Shown one piece after another: positions 34,651 to 48,449 of a DNA stretch of 64,000 bases. A program made the translations under genes and the position numbers. This DNA comes from Eledone cirrhosa (lineage: Eukaryota): assembly GCA_964016885.1 (NCBI GenBank), contig OZ024743.1:143344001-143408000 (forward strand), read 5' to 3'. Numbering within the stretch: the first letter of the stretch is position 1; every line of letters starts with the position of its first letter. Under the pieces are notes generated by a model that was not told the DNA's origin, ran no database searches, and was given only the letters and a program-made list of their open reading frames with translations.

Positions 34651-37600
34651 TGGTGTTTGGTGCTTGGTGCTTGGTGTTTGTACTTGGTGCTTGGTGCTTG
34701 GTTCTTGGTGTTTGGTGCTTGGTGCTTGGTGTTTGGTGCTTGGAGCTTGGTGTTTGGTGCTTGGTGCTTGGTGTTTGGTGCTTGGTGTTTGGTGCTTGGT
34801 GTTAGGTGTTAGTTGCTTGATGTTTGGTGTTTGGTGCTTGGTGTTTGGTCTTAGGTGTTTGGTGCTTGGTGTTTGGTGTTTGGTGCTTGGTGTTTGGTGC
34901 TTGGTGCTTGGTGTTTGGAGTTTGGTGCTTGGTGTTTGGTGCTTGGTACTTGGTGCTTGGTGCTTGGTGTTAGGTGTTTGGTGCTTGGTGCTTGGTGTTT
35001 GGTTTTTGGTGCTTGGTGTTTGGTGTTTGGTGCTGGCTGCTTGGTGTTTGATGCTTGGTGATTGGTGCTTGGTGTTTGGTGCTTGGTGTTTGGTGTTTGG
35101 TGCTAGGTGATTGGTGCTTGGTGTTTGGTGCTTGGTGCTTGGTGCTTGGTGTTTGGTGTTTGGTGCTTGGTGCTTGGTGTTTGGTGCTTGGTGCTTGGTG
35201 CTTGGTGTTTGGTGGTTGGTGTTTGGTGCTTGGTGTTAGGTGTTTGGTGCTTGGTGCTTGGTGTTTGGTGTTTGGTGCTTGGTGTTTGGTGTTTGGTGCT
35301 TGGTGTTTGGTGCTTTTTGCTTGGTGCTTGGTGCTTGGTGTTTGGTGCTTGGTGCTTGATGTTTGGTGCTGGGTGCTTGGTGCTTGGTGTTTGGTGTTTG
35401 GTGCTTGGTGCTTGGTGTTATATGCTTGGTGTTTGATGCTTGGTGCTTGGTGTTTGGTGTTCGGTGCTTGGTGTTTGATGCTTGGTGCTTGGTGCTTGGT
35501 GTTTGGTGCTTGGTTCTTGGTGTTTGGTGCTTGGTGCTTGGTGTTTGGTGCTTGGTGTTTGGTGCTTGGTGCTTGTTGCTTGGTGCTTGGTGTTTGGTGG
35601 TTGGTGCTTGGTGCTTGGTGTTAGGTGTTTGGTCCTTGGTGCTTGGTGTTTGGTGTTTGGTGCTTGGTGTTTGGTGTTTGGTGCTTGGTGTTTGGTGCTT
35701 GGTACTTGGTGCTTGGTGCTTGGTGTTAGGTGTTTGGTGCTTGGTGTCTGGTTTTTGGTGTTTGGTGTTTGGTGCTTGCTGCTGGCTGCTTGGTGTTTGG
35801 TGCTTGGTGATTGGTGCTTGGTGTTTGGTGCTTGGTGTTTGGTGTTTGGTGCTAGGTGCTTGGTGTTTGGTGCTTGGTGCTTGGTGTTTGTACTTGGTGC
35901 TTGGTGCTTGGTTCTTGGTATTTGGTGCTTGGTGCTTGGTGTTTGGTGCTTGGTGTTTGGTGCTTGGTGCTGGGTGCTTGGTGTTTGGTGTTTGGTGCTT
36001 GGTGTTAGGTGTTTGCTGCTTGGTGCTTGCTGTTTGGTGTTTGGTGCTTGGTGTTTGGTGTTATATGCTTGGTGTTTGATGCTTGGTGCTTGGTGCTTGG
36101 TGTTTGGTGCTTGGTGTTTGGTGCTTGGTGCTTGGTGCTTGGTGTTTGGTGCTTGGTGCTTGGTGTTTGTACTTGGTGCTTGGTGCTTGGTTCTTGGTGT
36201 TTGGTGCTTGGTGCTTGGTGTTTGGTGCTTGGTGTTTGGTGCTTGGTGTTTGGTGCTTGGTGTTTGGTGCTTGGTGCTTGGTGCTTGGTGTTTCGTGCTT
36301 GGTGTTAGGTGTTTGGTGCTTGGTGCTTGGTGTTTGGTGTTTGGTGCTTGGTGTTTGGTGCTTGGTGTTTGGTGTTAGGTGTTTGGTGCTTGGTGTTTGG
36401 TGTTTGGTGCTTGGTGTTTGGTGCTTGGTGCTTGGTGTTTGGTGTTTGGTGCTTGGTGTTTGGTGCTTGGTACTTGGTGCTTGGTGCTTGGTGTTTGGTG
36501 CTTGGTGTTTGGTGCTTGGTGCTGGGTGGTTGGTGTTTAGTGCTTGGTGTTTGGTGCTGGGTGCTTAGTGTTTGGTGCTTGGTGCTTGGTCTTTGGTGCT
36601 TGGTGTTTGGTGTTTGGTGATTGGTGCTTGGTGTTTGGTGCTTGGTGCTTGGTGTTTGGTGCTTAGTGCTTGGTGTTTGGTGCTTGGTGCTTGGTCTTTG
36701 GTGCTTGGTGTTAGGTCTTTGGTTCTTGGTTCTTGGTGTTTGGTGTTTGGCGTTTGGTGTTTGGTGCTTGGTGCTTGGTGTTTGGTGCTTGGTGCTTGGT
36801 GTTTGGTGCCTGGTGCTTGGTGCTTGGTGCTTGGTGTTTGGTGTTTGGTGCTTGGTGCTTGGTGTTTGGTGTTTGGTGCTTAGTGCTTGGTGCTTGGTCC
36901 TTGGTGTTTGGTGCTGGGTGCTTTGTGTTTGGTGATTGGTGCTTGGTGTTTGCTGCTTGGTGTTTGATGCTTGGTGCTTGGTGTTTTGTGTTTGGTGCTT
37001 GGTGCTTGGTGTTTGGTGGTTGGTGCTTGGTGCTTGGTGTTTGTACTTGGTGCTTGGTGTTTGGTTCTTGGTTCTTGGTGTTTGGTACTTGGTGCTTGGT
37101 GCTTGGTGCTTGATGTTTGGTGTTTGGGGCTTGGTGTTTGGTGCTTGGTGCTTGGTGCTTGGTGTTAGGTGTTTGGTGCTTGGTGCTTGGTGTTTGGTGC
37201 TTGGTGTTTGGTGTTTGCTGTTTGCTGTTTGGTGTTTGGTGTTTGGTGTTTGCTGTTTGATGTCTGCTTTTTGGTGTTTAGTGTTTGCTGTATGGTGTTT
37301 GCTGTTTCGTGTTCGGTGTTTGCTGTTTGGTGTTTGGTGTTTGCTGTTTGGTGTTTGGTCTTTGGTGCTTGGTGTTTGGTGCTTGGTGCTTGGTGTTTGG
37401 TGTTTGGTGCTTGGTGCTTGATGTTTGGTGTTTGGTGTTTGGTGCTTGGTGTCTGGTGCTTGGTGTTTGGTGTTTGGTGCTTGGTGTTTGGTGTTTGGTG
37501 CTTGTTGCTTGGTGCTTGATGCTTGGTGCTTGGTATTTGGTGTTTGGTGCTTGGTGCTTGGTGTTTGGTGTTTGGTGTTATATGCTTGGTGTTTGATGCT

Positions 37601-40402
37601 TGGTTCTTGGTGCTTGGTGTTTGGTGTTTGGTGCTTGGTGTTTGATGCTTGGTGCTTGGTGCTTGGTGTTTGGTGCTTGGTGTTTGTACTTGGTGCTTGG
37701 TGCTTGGTTCTTGGTGTTTGGTGCTTGGTGTTTGGTGCTTGGTGCTTGGTGTTTGGTGTTTGGTGCTTGGTGCTTGGTGCTTGGTGCTTGGTGTTTGGTG
37801 CTTGGTGTTTGGTGCTTGGTGTTAGGTGTTTGGTGCTTGGTGTTTGGTGCTTGGTGCTTGGTGTTTGGTGTTTGGTGCTTGGTGTTTGGTGCTTGGTACT
37901 TGGTGCTTGGTGCTTGGTGTTAGGTGTTTGGGGCTTGGTGCTTGGTGTTTGGTGTTTGGTGCTTGCTGCTGGCTGCTTGGTGTTTGGTGCTTGGTGATTG
38001 GTGCTTGGTGTTTGGTGCTTGGTGTTTGGTGTTTGGTGCTAGGTGCTTGGTGTTTGGTGCTTGGTGCTTGGGGTTTGTACTTGGTGCTTGGTCCTTGGTT
38101 CTTGGTGGTTGGTGCTTGGTGCTTGGTGTTTGGTGTTTGGTGCTTTGTGTTTGGTGCTTGGTGTTAGGTGTTTGGTGCTTGGTGCTTGGTGTTTGGTGCT
38201 TGGTGTTTGGTGCTTGGTGCTTGGTGTTTGGTGTTTGGTGCTTGGTGTTTGGTACTTGGTGCTTGGTGCTTGGTGCTTGGTGTTAGGTGTTTGGTGCTTG
38301 GTGCTTGGTGTTTGGTGCTTGCTGCTGGCTGCTTGGTGTTTGGTGCTTGGTGATTGGTGCTTGGTGCTTGGTGTTTGGTGTTTGGTGCTAGGTGCTTGGT
38401 GTTTGGTGCTTGGTGCTTGGTGTTTGGTGTTTGGTGTTTGGTGCTTGGTGCTTGGTGTTTGGTGCTTGGTGCTGGGTGGTTGGTGTTTGGTGCTTGGTGT
38501 TTGGTGCTGGGTGCTTGGTGTTTGGTGCTTGGTGCTTGGTCTTTGGTGCTTGGTGTTTGGTGTTTGGTGCTTGGTGCTTGGTGTTTGGTGCTTGGTGCTT
38601 GGTGTTTGGTGCTTGGTGCTTGGTGCTTAGTGTTTGGTGCTAGGTGCTTGGGGTTTGGTGTTTGGTGGTTGGTGCTTGGTGTTTGGTGCTTGGTGCTTGG
38701 TCTTTGGTGTTTGGTGCTTGGTGCTTGGTGCTTGGTGTTTGGTGTTTGCTGTTTGCTGTTTGTTGTTTGGTGTTTGTTGTTTGCTGTTTGGTGTTTGGTG
38801 TTTGATGTTTGCTGTTTGGTGTCTGCTTTTCGGTGTTTGGTGTTTGCTGTATGTTGTTTGCTGTTTGGTGTTTGGTGTTTGGTGTTTGGTGCTTGGTGCT
38901 TGGTGTTTGGTGCTTGGTGCTTGGTGTTGGTGCCTGGTGCTTGGTGCTTGGTGTTTGGTGTTTGGTGTTTGGTGCTTGGAGTTTAGTGTTTGGTGCTTGG
39001 TGCTTGGTGTTTTGTGTTTGGTGTTTGGTTTTTGGTGCTTGGTGCTTGGTGCTTGGTCCTTGGTGTTTGGTGCTGGGTGCTTTGTGTTTGGTGCTTGGTG
39101 CTTGGTGCTTGGTGTTTGATGCTTGGTGCTTGGTGTTTTGTGTTTGGTGCTTGGTGCTTGGTGTTTGTACTTGGTGCTTGGTGCTTGGTGTTTGGTTCTT
39201 GGTGTTTGGAACTTGGTGCTTGGTGCTTGGTGTTTGGTGTTTGGTGCTTGGTGTTTGGTGCTTGGTGCTTGGTGCTTGGTGCTTGGTGTTTGGTGCTTCA
39301 TGCTTGGGGCTTGGTGTTTGGTGCTTGGTTTTTGGAGCTTAGTTTCTGGTGCTTGGTGTTTGGTGCTTGGTGCTTGGTGTTTGGTGTTTGGTGCTTGGTG
39401 TTTGGTGCTTGGTGTTAGGTGTTTGGTGCTTGGTGTTTGATCCTTGGTGCTTGGTGTTTGGTGTTTGGTGCTTGGTGCTTGGTGTTTGGTGTTTGGTGCT
39501 TGCTGCTTGCTGCTTGGTGTTTTGGTGTTTTGTGCTAGGTGCTTGGTGTTTGGTACTTGGTGATTGGTGCTTGGTGCTTCGTGTTTTGTGTTTGGTGTTT
39601 GGTCTTTGGTGCTTGGTGTTTGGTGCTTGGTGCTTGGTGCTTGGTGTTTGGTGTTTGGTGCTTGGTGTTTGGTGTTTGTTGTTTGGTTCTTGGTGTCTGG
39701 TGCTTGGTGTTTGGTGCTTGGTGTTTGGTGTTCGGTGTTTGGTGCTTTTTGCTTGGTGCTTGGTGCTTGGTGTTTGGTGCTTGGTGCTTGGTGTTTGGTG
39801 CTGTGTGCTTGGTGCTTGGTGTTTGGTGTTTTGTGCTTGGTGCTTGGTGATTGGTGTTTGGTGTTATATGCTTGGTGTTTGATGCTTGGTGCTTGGTGCT
39901 TGGTGTTTGGTCTTTGGTGTTTGATGCTTGGTGCTTGGTGCTTGGTGATTGGTGCTTGGTGTTTGTACTTGGTGCTTGGTGCTTGGTGTTTGGTGCTTGC
40001 TGCTTGGTGCTTGGTGCTTGGTGCTTGGTGTTTGGTGTTTGGTGCTTGGTGTTTGGTGTTTGGTGCTTGGTGTTTGGTGCTTGGTACTTGGTGCTTGGTG
40101 CTTGGTGTTAGGTGTTTGGTGCTTGGTGCTTGGTGCTTGGTGTTTGGTGCTTGGTGTTTGGTGCTTGGTGTTTGGTGCTTGGTGCTTGGTGCTTGGTGCT
40201 TGGTGCTTGGTTTTTGGTGGTTGGTGTTTGGTGCTTGGTGTTAGGTGTTTGGTGCTTGGTGCTTGGTGTTTGGTGTTTGGTGCTTGGTGTTTGGTGTTTG
40301 GTGCTTGGTGTTTGGTGCTTTTTGCTTGGTGCTTGGTGTTTGATGCTTGGTGCTTGGTGTTTGGTGCTGGGTGCTTGGTGCTTGGTGTTTGGTGTTATAT
40401 GC

Positions 40403-43400
40403 TTGGTGTTTGATGCTTGGTGCTTGGTGCTTGTTGTTTGGTGTTTGGTGCTTGGTGTTTGATGCTTGGTGCTTGGTGTTTGGTGCTTGGTGCTTGGTGT
40501 TTGGTGCTTGGTGCTTGGTGTTTGGTGCTTGGTGTTTGGTGCTTGATGCTTGGTGCTTGGTGCTTGGTGTTTGGTGGTTGGTGCTTAGTGCTTGGTGTTA
40601 GGTGTTTGGTGCTTGGTGCTTGGTGTTTGGTGTTTGGTGCTTGGTGTTTGGTGCTTGGTACTTGGTGCTTGGTGCTTGGTGTTAGGTGTTTGGTGCTTGG
40701 TGCTTGGTGTCTGGTTTTTGGTGCTTGGTGCTTGGTGTTTGGTGTTTGGTGCTTGCTGCTGGCTGCTTGGTGTTTGGTGCTTGGTGATTGGTGCTAGGTG
40801 TTTGGTGCTAGGTGCTAGGTGTTTGGTGCTTGGTGCTTGGTGTTTGTACTTGGTGCTTGGTGCTTGGTTCTTGGTGTTTGGTGCTTGGTGCTTGCTGTTT
40901 GGTGCTTGGTGCTTGGTGTTTGGTGTTTGGTGCTTGGTGTTTGGTGCTTGGTGCTTGGTGCTTGGTGTTTGGTGCTTTGTGTTTGGTGCTTTGTGTTTGG
41001 TGCTTGGTGTTAGGTGTTTGGTGCTTGGTGCTTGGTGTTTGGTGTTTGGTGATTGGTGTTTGGTGTTTGGTGTTATATGCTTGGTGTTTGATGCTTGGTG
41101 CTTGGTGCTTGGTGTTTGGTGCTTGGTGTTTGATGCTTGGTGCTTGGTGTTTGGTGCTTGGTGCTTGGTGTTTGTACTTGGTGCTTGGTGCTTGGTTCTT
41201 GGTGTTTGGTGCTTGGTGCTTGGTGTTTGGTGTTTGGTGCTTTGTGTTAGGTGTTTGGTGCTTGGTGCTTGGTGTTTGGTGTTTGGTGCTTGGTGTTTGG
41301 TGCTTGGTGTTTGGTGTTAGGTGTTTGGTGCTTGGTGTTTGGTGTTTGGTGCTTGGTGTTTGGTGCTTGGTGCTTGGTGTTTGGTGTTTGGTGCTTGGTG
41401 TTTGGTGCTTGGTACTTGGTGCTTGGTGCTTGGTGTTAGGTGTTTGGTGCTTGGTGCTTGGTGTTTGGTTTTTGGTGCTTGGTGTTTGGTGTTTAGTGCT
41501 GGCTGCTTGGTGTTTGATGCTTGGTGATTGGTGCTTGGTGCTTGGTGTTTGGTGTTTGGTGCTTGCTGCTTGCTGCTTGGTGTTTGGTGTTTTGGTGTTT
41601 TGTGCTAGGTGCTTGGTGTTTGGTACTTGGTGATTGGTGCTTGGTGCTTCGTGTTTTGTGTTTGGTGTTTGGTCTTTGGTGCTTGGTGTTTGGTGTTTGG
41701 TGTTATATGCTTGGTTCTTGGTACTTGGTGCTTGGTTCTTGGTGTTAGGTGTTTGGTGCTTGGTGCTTGGTGCTTGGTGCTTGGTGTTTGGTGCTTGGTG
41801 CTTGCTGCTTGGTGCTTGGTGCTTGGTGTTTGGTGTTTGTTGTTTGGTGCTTGGTGTCTGGTGCTTGGTGTTTGGTGCTTGGTGTTTGGTGCTTGGTGTT
41901 TGGTGTTCGGTGTTTGGTGCTTTTTGCTTGGTGCTTGGTGCTTGGTGTTTGGTGCTTGGTGTTTGGTGCTGGGTGCTTGGTGCTTGGTGTTTGGTGTTTG
42001 GTGCTTGGTGCTTGGTGATTGGTGTTTGGTGTTATATGCTTGGTGTTTGATGCTTGGTGCTTGGTGCTTGGTGTTTGGTCTTTGGTGTTTGATGCTTGGT
42101 GCTTGGTGCTTGGTGTTTGGTGCTTGGTGCTTGGTGTTTGTACTTGGTGCTTGGTGCTTGGTGCTTGGTGTTTGGTGCTTGGTGTTTGGTGCTTGGTGCT
42201 TGGTGCTTGGTGTTTGGTGGTTGGTGTTTGGTGCTTGGTGTTAGGTGTTTGGTGCTTGGTGTTTGGTGCTAGGTGTTTGGTGCTTGGTGCTTGGTGTCTG
42301 GTTTTTGGTGCTTGGTGCTTGGTGTTTGGTGTTTGGTGCTTGCTGCTGGCTGCTTGGTGTTTGGTGCTTGGTGATTGGTGCTAGGTGTTTGGTGCTAGGT
42401 GCTTGGTGTTTGGTGCTTGGTGCTTGGTGTTTGTACTTGGTGCTTGGTGCTTGGTTCTTGGTGTTTGGTGCTTGGTGCTTGGTGTTTGGTGTTTGGTGCT
42501 TGGTGTTTGGTGCTTGGTGCTTGGTGTTTGGTCCTTGGTGTTTGGTGCTTGGTGTTTGGTGCTAGGTGTTAGGTGTTTGGTGTTTGGTGCTTGGTGTTTG
42601 GTGTTTGGTGCTTGGTGTTTGGTGCTTTTTGCTTGGTGCTTGGTGTTTGATGCTTGGTGCTTGGTGTTTGGTGCTGGGTGCTTGGTGCTTGGTGTTTGGT
42701 GCTTGGTGCTTGGTGTTTGGTGTTTGGTGTTATATGCTTGGTGTTTGATGCTTGGTGCTTGGTGCTTGTTGTTAGGTGTTTGGTGCTTGGTGTTTGATGC
42801 TTGGTGCTTGGTGCGTGGTGTTTGGTGCTTGGTGCTTGATGCTTGGTGTTTGGTGCTTGGTGCTTGGTGCTTGGTGCTTGGTGCTTGGTGTTAGGTGTTT
42901 GGTGCTTGGTGCTTGGTGTTTGGTGTTTGGTTCTTGGTGTTTGGTGCTTGGTACTTGGTGCTTGGTGTTTGGTGCTTGGTGCTTGGTGTTTGTACTTGGT
43001 GCTTGATGTTTGGTGCTGCGTGCTTGGTGCTTGGTGTTTGGTGTTTGGTGCTTGGTGCTTGGTGTTTGGTGTTTGGTTCTTGGTGTTTGGTGTTTGGTGC
43101 TTGGTGCTTGGTGTCTGGTTTTTGGTGCTTGGTGCTTGGTGTGTGGTGTTTGGTGCTTGCTGCTGGCTGCTTGGTGTTTGGTGCTTGGTGATTGGTGCTA
43201 GGTGTTTGGTGCTAGGTGCTTGGTGTTTGGTGCTTGGTGCTTGGTGTTTGTACTTGGTGCTTGATGTTTGGTGCTGCGTGCTTGGTGCTTGGTGTTTGGT
43301 GTTTGGTGCTTGGTGCTTGGTGTTATATGCTTGGTGTTTGATGCTTGGTGCTTGGTGCTTGGTGTTTGGTGCTTGGTGTTTGATGCTTGGTGCTTGGTGC

Positions 43401-46400
43401 TTGGTGTTTGGTGCTTGGTTCTTGGTGTTTGGTGCTTGGTGCTTGGTGTTTGGTGCTTGGTGTTTGGTGCTTGGTGCTTGGTGCTTGGTGCTTGGTTTTT
43501 GGTGTTTGGTGCTTGGTGCTTGGTGTTTGGTCCTTGGTGTTTGGTGCTTGGTGTTTGGTGCTTGGTGTTAGGTGTTTGGTGCTTGGTGTTTGGTGTTTGG
43601 TGTTATATGCTTGGTGTTTGATGCTTGGTGCTTGGTGCTTGGTGTTTGGTGCTTGGTGTTTGATGCTTGGTGCTTGGTGCTTGGTGTTTGGTGCTTGGTG
43701 CTTGGTGTTTATACTTGGTGCTTGGTGCTTGGTTCTTGGTGTTTGGTGCTTGGTGCTTGGTGTTTGATGCTTGGTGCTTGGTGCTTGTTGTTTGGTGTTT
43801 GGTGCTTGGTGTTTGATGCTTGGTGCTTGGTGTTTGGTGCTTGGTGCTTGGTGTTTGGTGCTTGGTGCTTGGTGTTTGGTGCTTGGTGTTTGGTGCTTGA
43901 TGCTTGGTGCTTGGTGCTTGGTGTTTGGTGGTTGGTGCTTGGTGCTTGGTGTTAGGTGTTTGGTGCTTGGTGCTTGGTGTTTGGTGTTTGGTGCTTGGTG
44001 TTTGGTGCTTGGTACTTGGTGCTTGGTGCTTGGTGTTAGGTGTTTGGTGCTTGGTGCTTGGTGTCTGGTTTTTGGTGCTTGGTGCTTGGTGTTTGGTGTT
44101 TGGTGCTTGCTGCTGGCTGCTTGGTGTTTGGTGCTTGGTGATTGGTGCTAGGTGTTTGGTGCTAGGTGCTTGGTGTTTGGTGCTTGGTGCTTGGTGTTTG
44201 TACTTGGTGCTTGGTGCTTGGTTCTTGGTGTTTGGTGCTTGGTGCTTGCTGTTTGGTGCTTGGTGCTTGGTGTTTGGTGTTTGGTGCTTGGTGTTTGGTG
44301 CTTGGTGCTTGGTGCTTGGTGGTTGGTGCTTTGTGTTTGGTGCTTTGTGTTTGGTGCTTGGTGTTAGGTGTTTGGTGCTTGGTGCTTGGTGTTTGGTGTT
44401 TGGTGATTGGTGTTTGGTGTTTGGTGTTATATGCTTGGTGTTTGATGCTTGGTGCTTGGTGCTTGGTGTTTGGTGCTTGGTGTTTGATGCTTGGTGCTTG
44501 GTGTTTGGTGCTTGGTGCTTGGTGTTTGTACTTGGTGCTTGGTGCTTGGTTCTTGGTGTTTGGTGCTTGGTGCTTGGTGTTTGGTGTTTGGTGCTTTGTG
44601 TTAGGTGTTTGGTGCTTGGTGCTTGGTGTTTGGTGTTTGGTGCTTGGTGTTTGGTGCTTGGTGTTTGGTGTTAGGTGTTTGGTGCTTGGTGTTTGGTGTT
44701 TGGTGCTTGGTGTTTGGTGCTTGGTGCTTGGTGTTTGGTGTTTGGTGCTTGGTGTTTGGTGCTTGGTACTTGGTGCTTGGTGCTTGGTGTTAGGTGTTTG
44801 GTGCTTGGTGCTTGGTGTTTGGTTTTTGGTGCTTGGTGTTTGGTGTTTAGTGCTGGCTGCTTGGTGTTTGATGCTTGGTGATTGGTGCTTGGTGCTTGGT
44901 GTTTGGTGTTTGGTGCTTGCTGCTTGGTGTTTGGTGTTTTGGTGTTTTGTGCTAGGTGCTTGGTGTTTGGTACTTGGTGATTGGTGCTTGGTGCTTCGTG
45001 TTTTGTGTTTGGTGTTTGGTCTTTGGTGCTTGGTGTTTGGTGTTTGGTGTTATATGCTTGGTGCTTGGTACTTGGTGCTTGGTTCTTGGTGTTAGGTGTT
45101 TGGTGCTTGGTGCTTGGTGCTTGGTGCTTGGTGTTTGGTGCTTGGTGCTTGCTGCTTGGTGCTTGGTGCTTGGTGTTTGGTGTTTGTTGTTTGGTGCTTG
45201 GTGTCTGGTGCTTGGTGTTTGGTGCTTGGTGTTTGGTGCTTGGTGTTTGGTGTTCGGTGTTTGGTGCTTTTTGCTTGGTGCTTGGTGCTTGGTGTTTGGT
45301 GCTTGGTGTTTGGTGCTGGGTGCTTGGTGCTTGGTGTTTGGTGTTTGGTGCTTGGTGCTTGGTGATTGGTGTTTGGTGTTATATGCTTGGTGTTTGATGC
45401 TTGGTGCTTGGTGCTTGGTGTTTGGTCTTTGGTGTTTGATGCTTGGTGCTTGGTGCTTGGTGTTTGGTGCTTGGTGCTTGGTGTTTGTACATGGTGCTTG
45501 GTGCTTGGTGCTTGGTGTTTGGTGCTTGGTGTTTGGTGCTTGGTGCTTGGTGCTTGGTGTTTGGTGGTTGGTGTTTGGTGCTTGGTGTTAGGTGTTTGGT
45601 GCTTGGTGCTTGCTGTTTGGTGTTTGGTGCTTGGTGTTTGGTGTTAGGTGTTTGGTGCTTGGTGCTTGGTGTCTGGTTTTTGGTGCTTGGTGCTTGGTGT
45701 TTGGTGTTTGGTGCTTGCTGCTGGCTGCTTGGTGTTTGGTGCTTGGTGATTGGTGCTAGGTGTTTGGTGCTAGGTGCTTGGTGTTTGGTGCTTGGTGCTT
45801 GGTGTTTGTACTTGGTGCTTGGTGCTTGGTTCTTGGTGTTTGGTGCTTGGTGCTTGGTGTTTGGTGTTTGGTGCTTGGTGTTTGGTGCTTGGTGCTTGGT
45901 GTTTGGTCCTTGGTGTTTGGTGCTTGGTGTTTGGTGCTAGGTGTTAGGTGTTTGGTGTTTGGTGTTTGGTGTTTGGTGTTATATGCTTGGTGTTTGATGC
46001 TTGGTGCTTGGTGCTTGTTGTTAGGTGTTTGGTGCTTGGTGTTTGATGCTTGGTGCTTGGTGCGTGGTGTTTGGTGCTTGGTGCTTGATGCTTGGTGTTT
46101 GGTGCTTGGTGCTTGGTGCTTGGTGCTTGGTGCTTGGTGCTTGGTGCTTGGTGTTAGGTGTTTGGTGCTTGGTGCTTGGTGTTTGGTGTTTGGTTCTTGG
46201 TGTTTGGTGCTTGGTACTTGGTGCTTGGTGTTAGGTGTTTGGTGCTTGGTGCTTGGTGTCTGGTTTTTGGTGCTTGGTGCTTGGTGTGTGGTGTTTGGTG
46301 CTTGCTGCTGGCTGCTTGGTGTTTGGTGCTTGGTGATTGGTGCTAGGTGTTTGGTGCTAGGTGCTTGGTGTTTGGTGCTTGGTGCTTGGTGTTTGTACTT

Positions 46401-46964
46401 GGTGCTTGGTGCTTGGTTCTTGGTGTTTGGTGCTTGGTGCTTGGTGTTTGGTGCTTGGTGCTTGATGTTTGGTGCTGCGTGCTTGGTGCTTGGTGTTTGG
46501 TGTTTGGTGCTTGGTGCTTGGTGTTATATGCTTGGTGTTTGATGCTTGGTGCTTGGTGCTTGGTGTTTGGTGCTTGGTGTTTGATGCTTGGTGCTTGGTG
46601 CTTGGTGTTTGGTGCTTGGTTCTTGGTGTTTGGTGCTTGGTGCTTGGTGTTTGGTGCTTGGTGTTTGGTGCTTGGTGCTTGGTGCTTGGTGCTTGGTTTT
46701 TGGTGTTTGGTGCTTGGTGCTTGGTGTTTGGTCCTTGGTGTTTGGTGCTTGGTGTTTGGTGCTTGGTGTTAGGTGTTTGGTGCTTGGTGTTTGGTGTTTG
46801 GTGTTATATGCTTGGTGTTTGATGCTTGGTGCTTGGTGCTTGGTGTTTGGTGCTTGGTGTTTGATGCTTGGTGCTTGGTGCTTGGTCTTTGGTGCTTGGT
46901 GCTTGGTGTTTATACTTGGTGCTTGGTGCTTGGTTCTTGGTGTTTGGTGCTTGGTGCTTGGTGT
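40403..46964 (+). repeat. Tandem duplication with period ~3.2-3.35 kb (~40403-43756 versus ~43757-46964)
   Basis: ORF offsets 3354, 3347, 3375, 3249, 3201 (40417/43771 to 43572/46773). Private variants GTGCGTGG and TTATAC (43709/46910) are shared. Confidence 0.88.
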
Positions 46965-48449
46965 TTGGTGCTTGGTGCTTGGTGTTTGGTGCTTGGTGTT
47001 TGGTGCTTGGTGTTTGGTGCTTGGTGTTAGGTGTTTGGTGCTTGGTGCTTGGTGTTTGGTGTTTGGTGCTTGGTGTTTGGTGTTAGTTGTTTGGTGCTTG
47101 GTGTTTGGTGTTTGGTGCTTGGTGTTTGGTGCTTGGTGCTTGGTGTTTGGTGTTTGGTGCTTGGTGTTTGGTGCTTGGTACTTGGTGCTTGGTGCTAGGT
47201 TTTTGGTGCTTGGTGCTTGGTGTTTGGTTTTTGGTGCTTGGTGTTTGGTGTTTGGTGCTGGCTGCTTGGTGTTTGATGCTTGGTGATTGGTGCTTGGTGT
47301 TTGGTGCTTGGTGTTTGTTGTTTGGTGCTAGGTGCTTGGTGCTTGGTGATTGGTGCTTGGTGTTTGGTGCTTGGTGTTTGGTGTTTGGTGTTTGGTGCTT
47401 GGTGCTTGGTGTTTGGTGCTTGGTGCTTGGTGCTTGGTGTTTGGTGGTTGGTGCTTGGTGCTTGGTGTTTGGTGCTTGGTGTTTGGTGTTTGGTGCTTGG
47501 TGCTTGTTGTTTGGTGCTTGGTGTTTGGTGCTTGGTGCTTGCTGCTTGGTGCTTGGTGCTTGGTGTTTGGTGGTTGGTGTTTGGTGCTTGGTGTTAGGTG
47601 TTTGGTGCTTGGTGCTTGGTGTTTGGTGTTTGGTGCTTGGTGTTTGGTGCTTGGTACTTGGTGCTTGGTGCTTGGTGTTTGGTGCTTGGTGCTTGATGTT
47701 TGGTGCTGCGTGCTTGGTGCTTGGTGTTTGGTGTTTGGTGCTTGGTGCTTGGTGTTATATGCTTGGTGTTTGATGCTTGGTGCTTGGTGCTTGGTGTTTG
47801 ATGCTTGGTGCTTGGTGCTTGGTGTTTGGTGCTTGGTTCTTGGTGTTTGGTGCTTGGTGCTTGGTGTTTGGTGCTTGGTGTTTGGTGCTTGGTGCTTGGT
47901 GCTTGGTGCTTCGTGTTTGGTGGTTGGTGCTTGGTGCTTGGTGTTAGGTGTTTGGTCCTTGGTGCTTGGTGTTTGGTGTTTGGTGCTTGGTGTTTGGTGT
48001 TTGGTGCTTGGTACTTGGTGCTTGGTGCTTGGTGTTAGGTGTTAGGTGTTTGGTGCTTGGTGTCTGGTTTTTGGTGCTTGGTGCTTGGTGTTTGGACTTT
48101 GGTGCTTGCTGCTGGCTGCTTGGTGTTTGGTGCTTGGTGCTTGGTGCTTGGTGTTTGGTGCTTGGTGTTTGGTGTTTGGTGCTAGGTGCTTGGTGTTTGG
48201 TGCTTGGTGCTTGGTGTTTGTACTTGGTGCTTGGTGCTTGGTTCTTGGTGTTTGGTGCTTGGTGCTTGGTGTTTGGTGCTTGGTGTTTGGTGCTTGGTGT
48301 TTGGTGCTTGGTGTTTGGTGCTTGGTGCTTGGTGCTTGGTGCTTGGTGCTTGGTGTTTGGTGTTTGGTGCTTGGTGCTTGGTGTTTGGTTTTTGGTGCTT
48401 GGTGTTTGGTGTTTGGTGCTGGCTGCTTGGTGTTTGATGCTTGGTGATT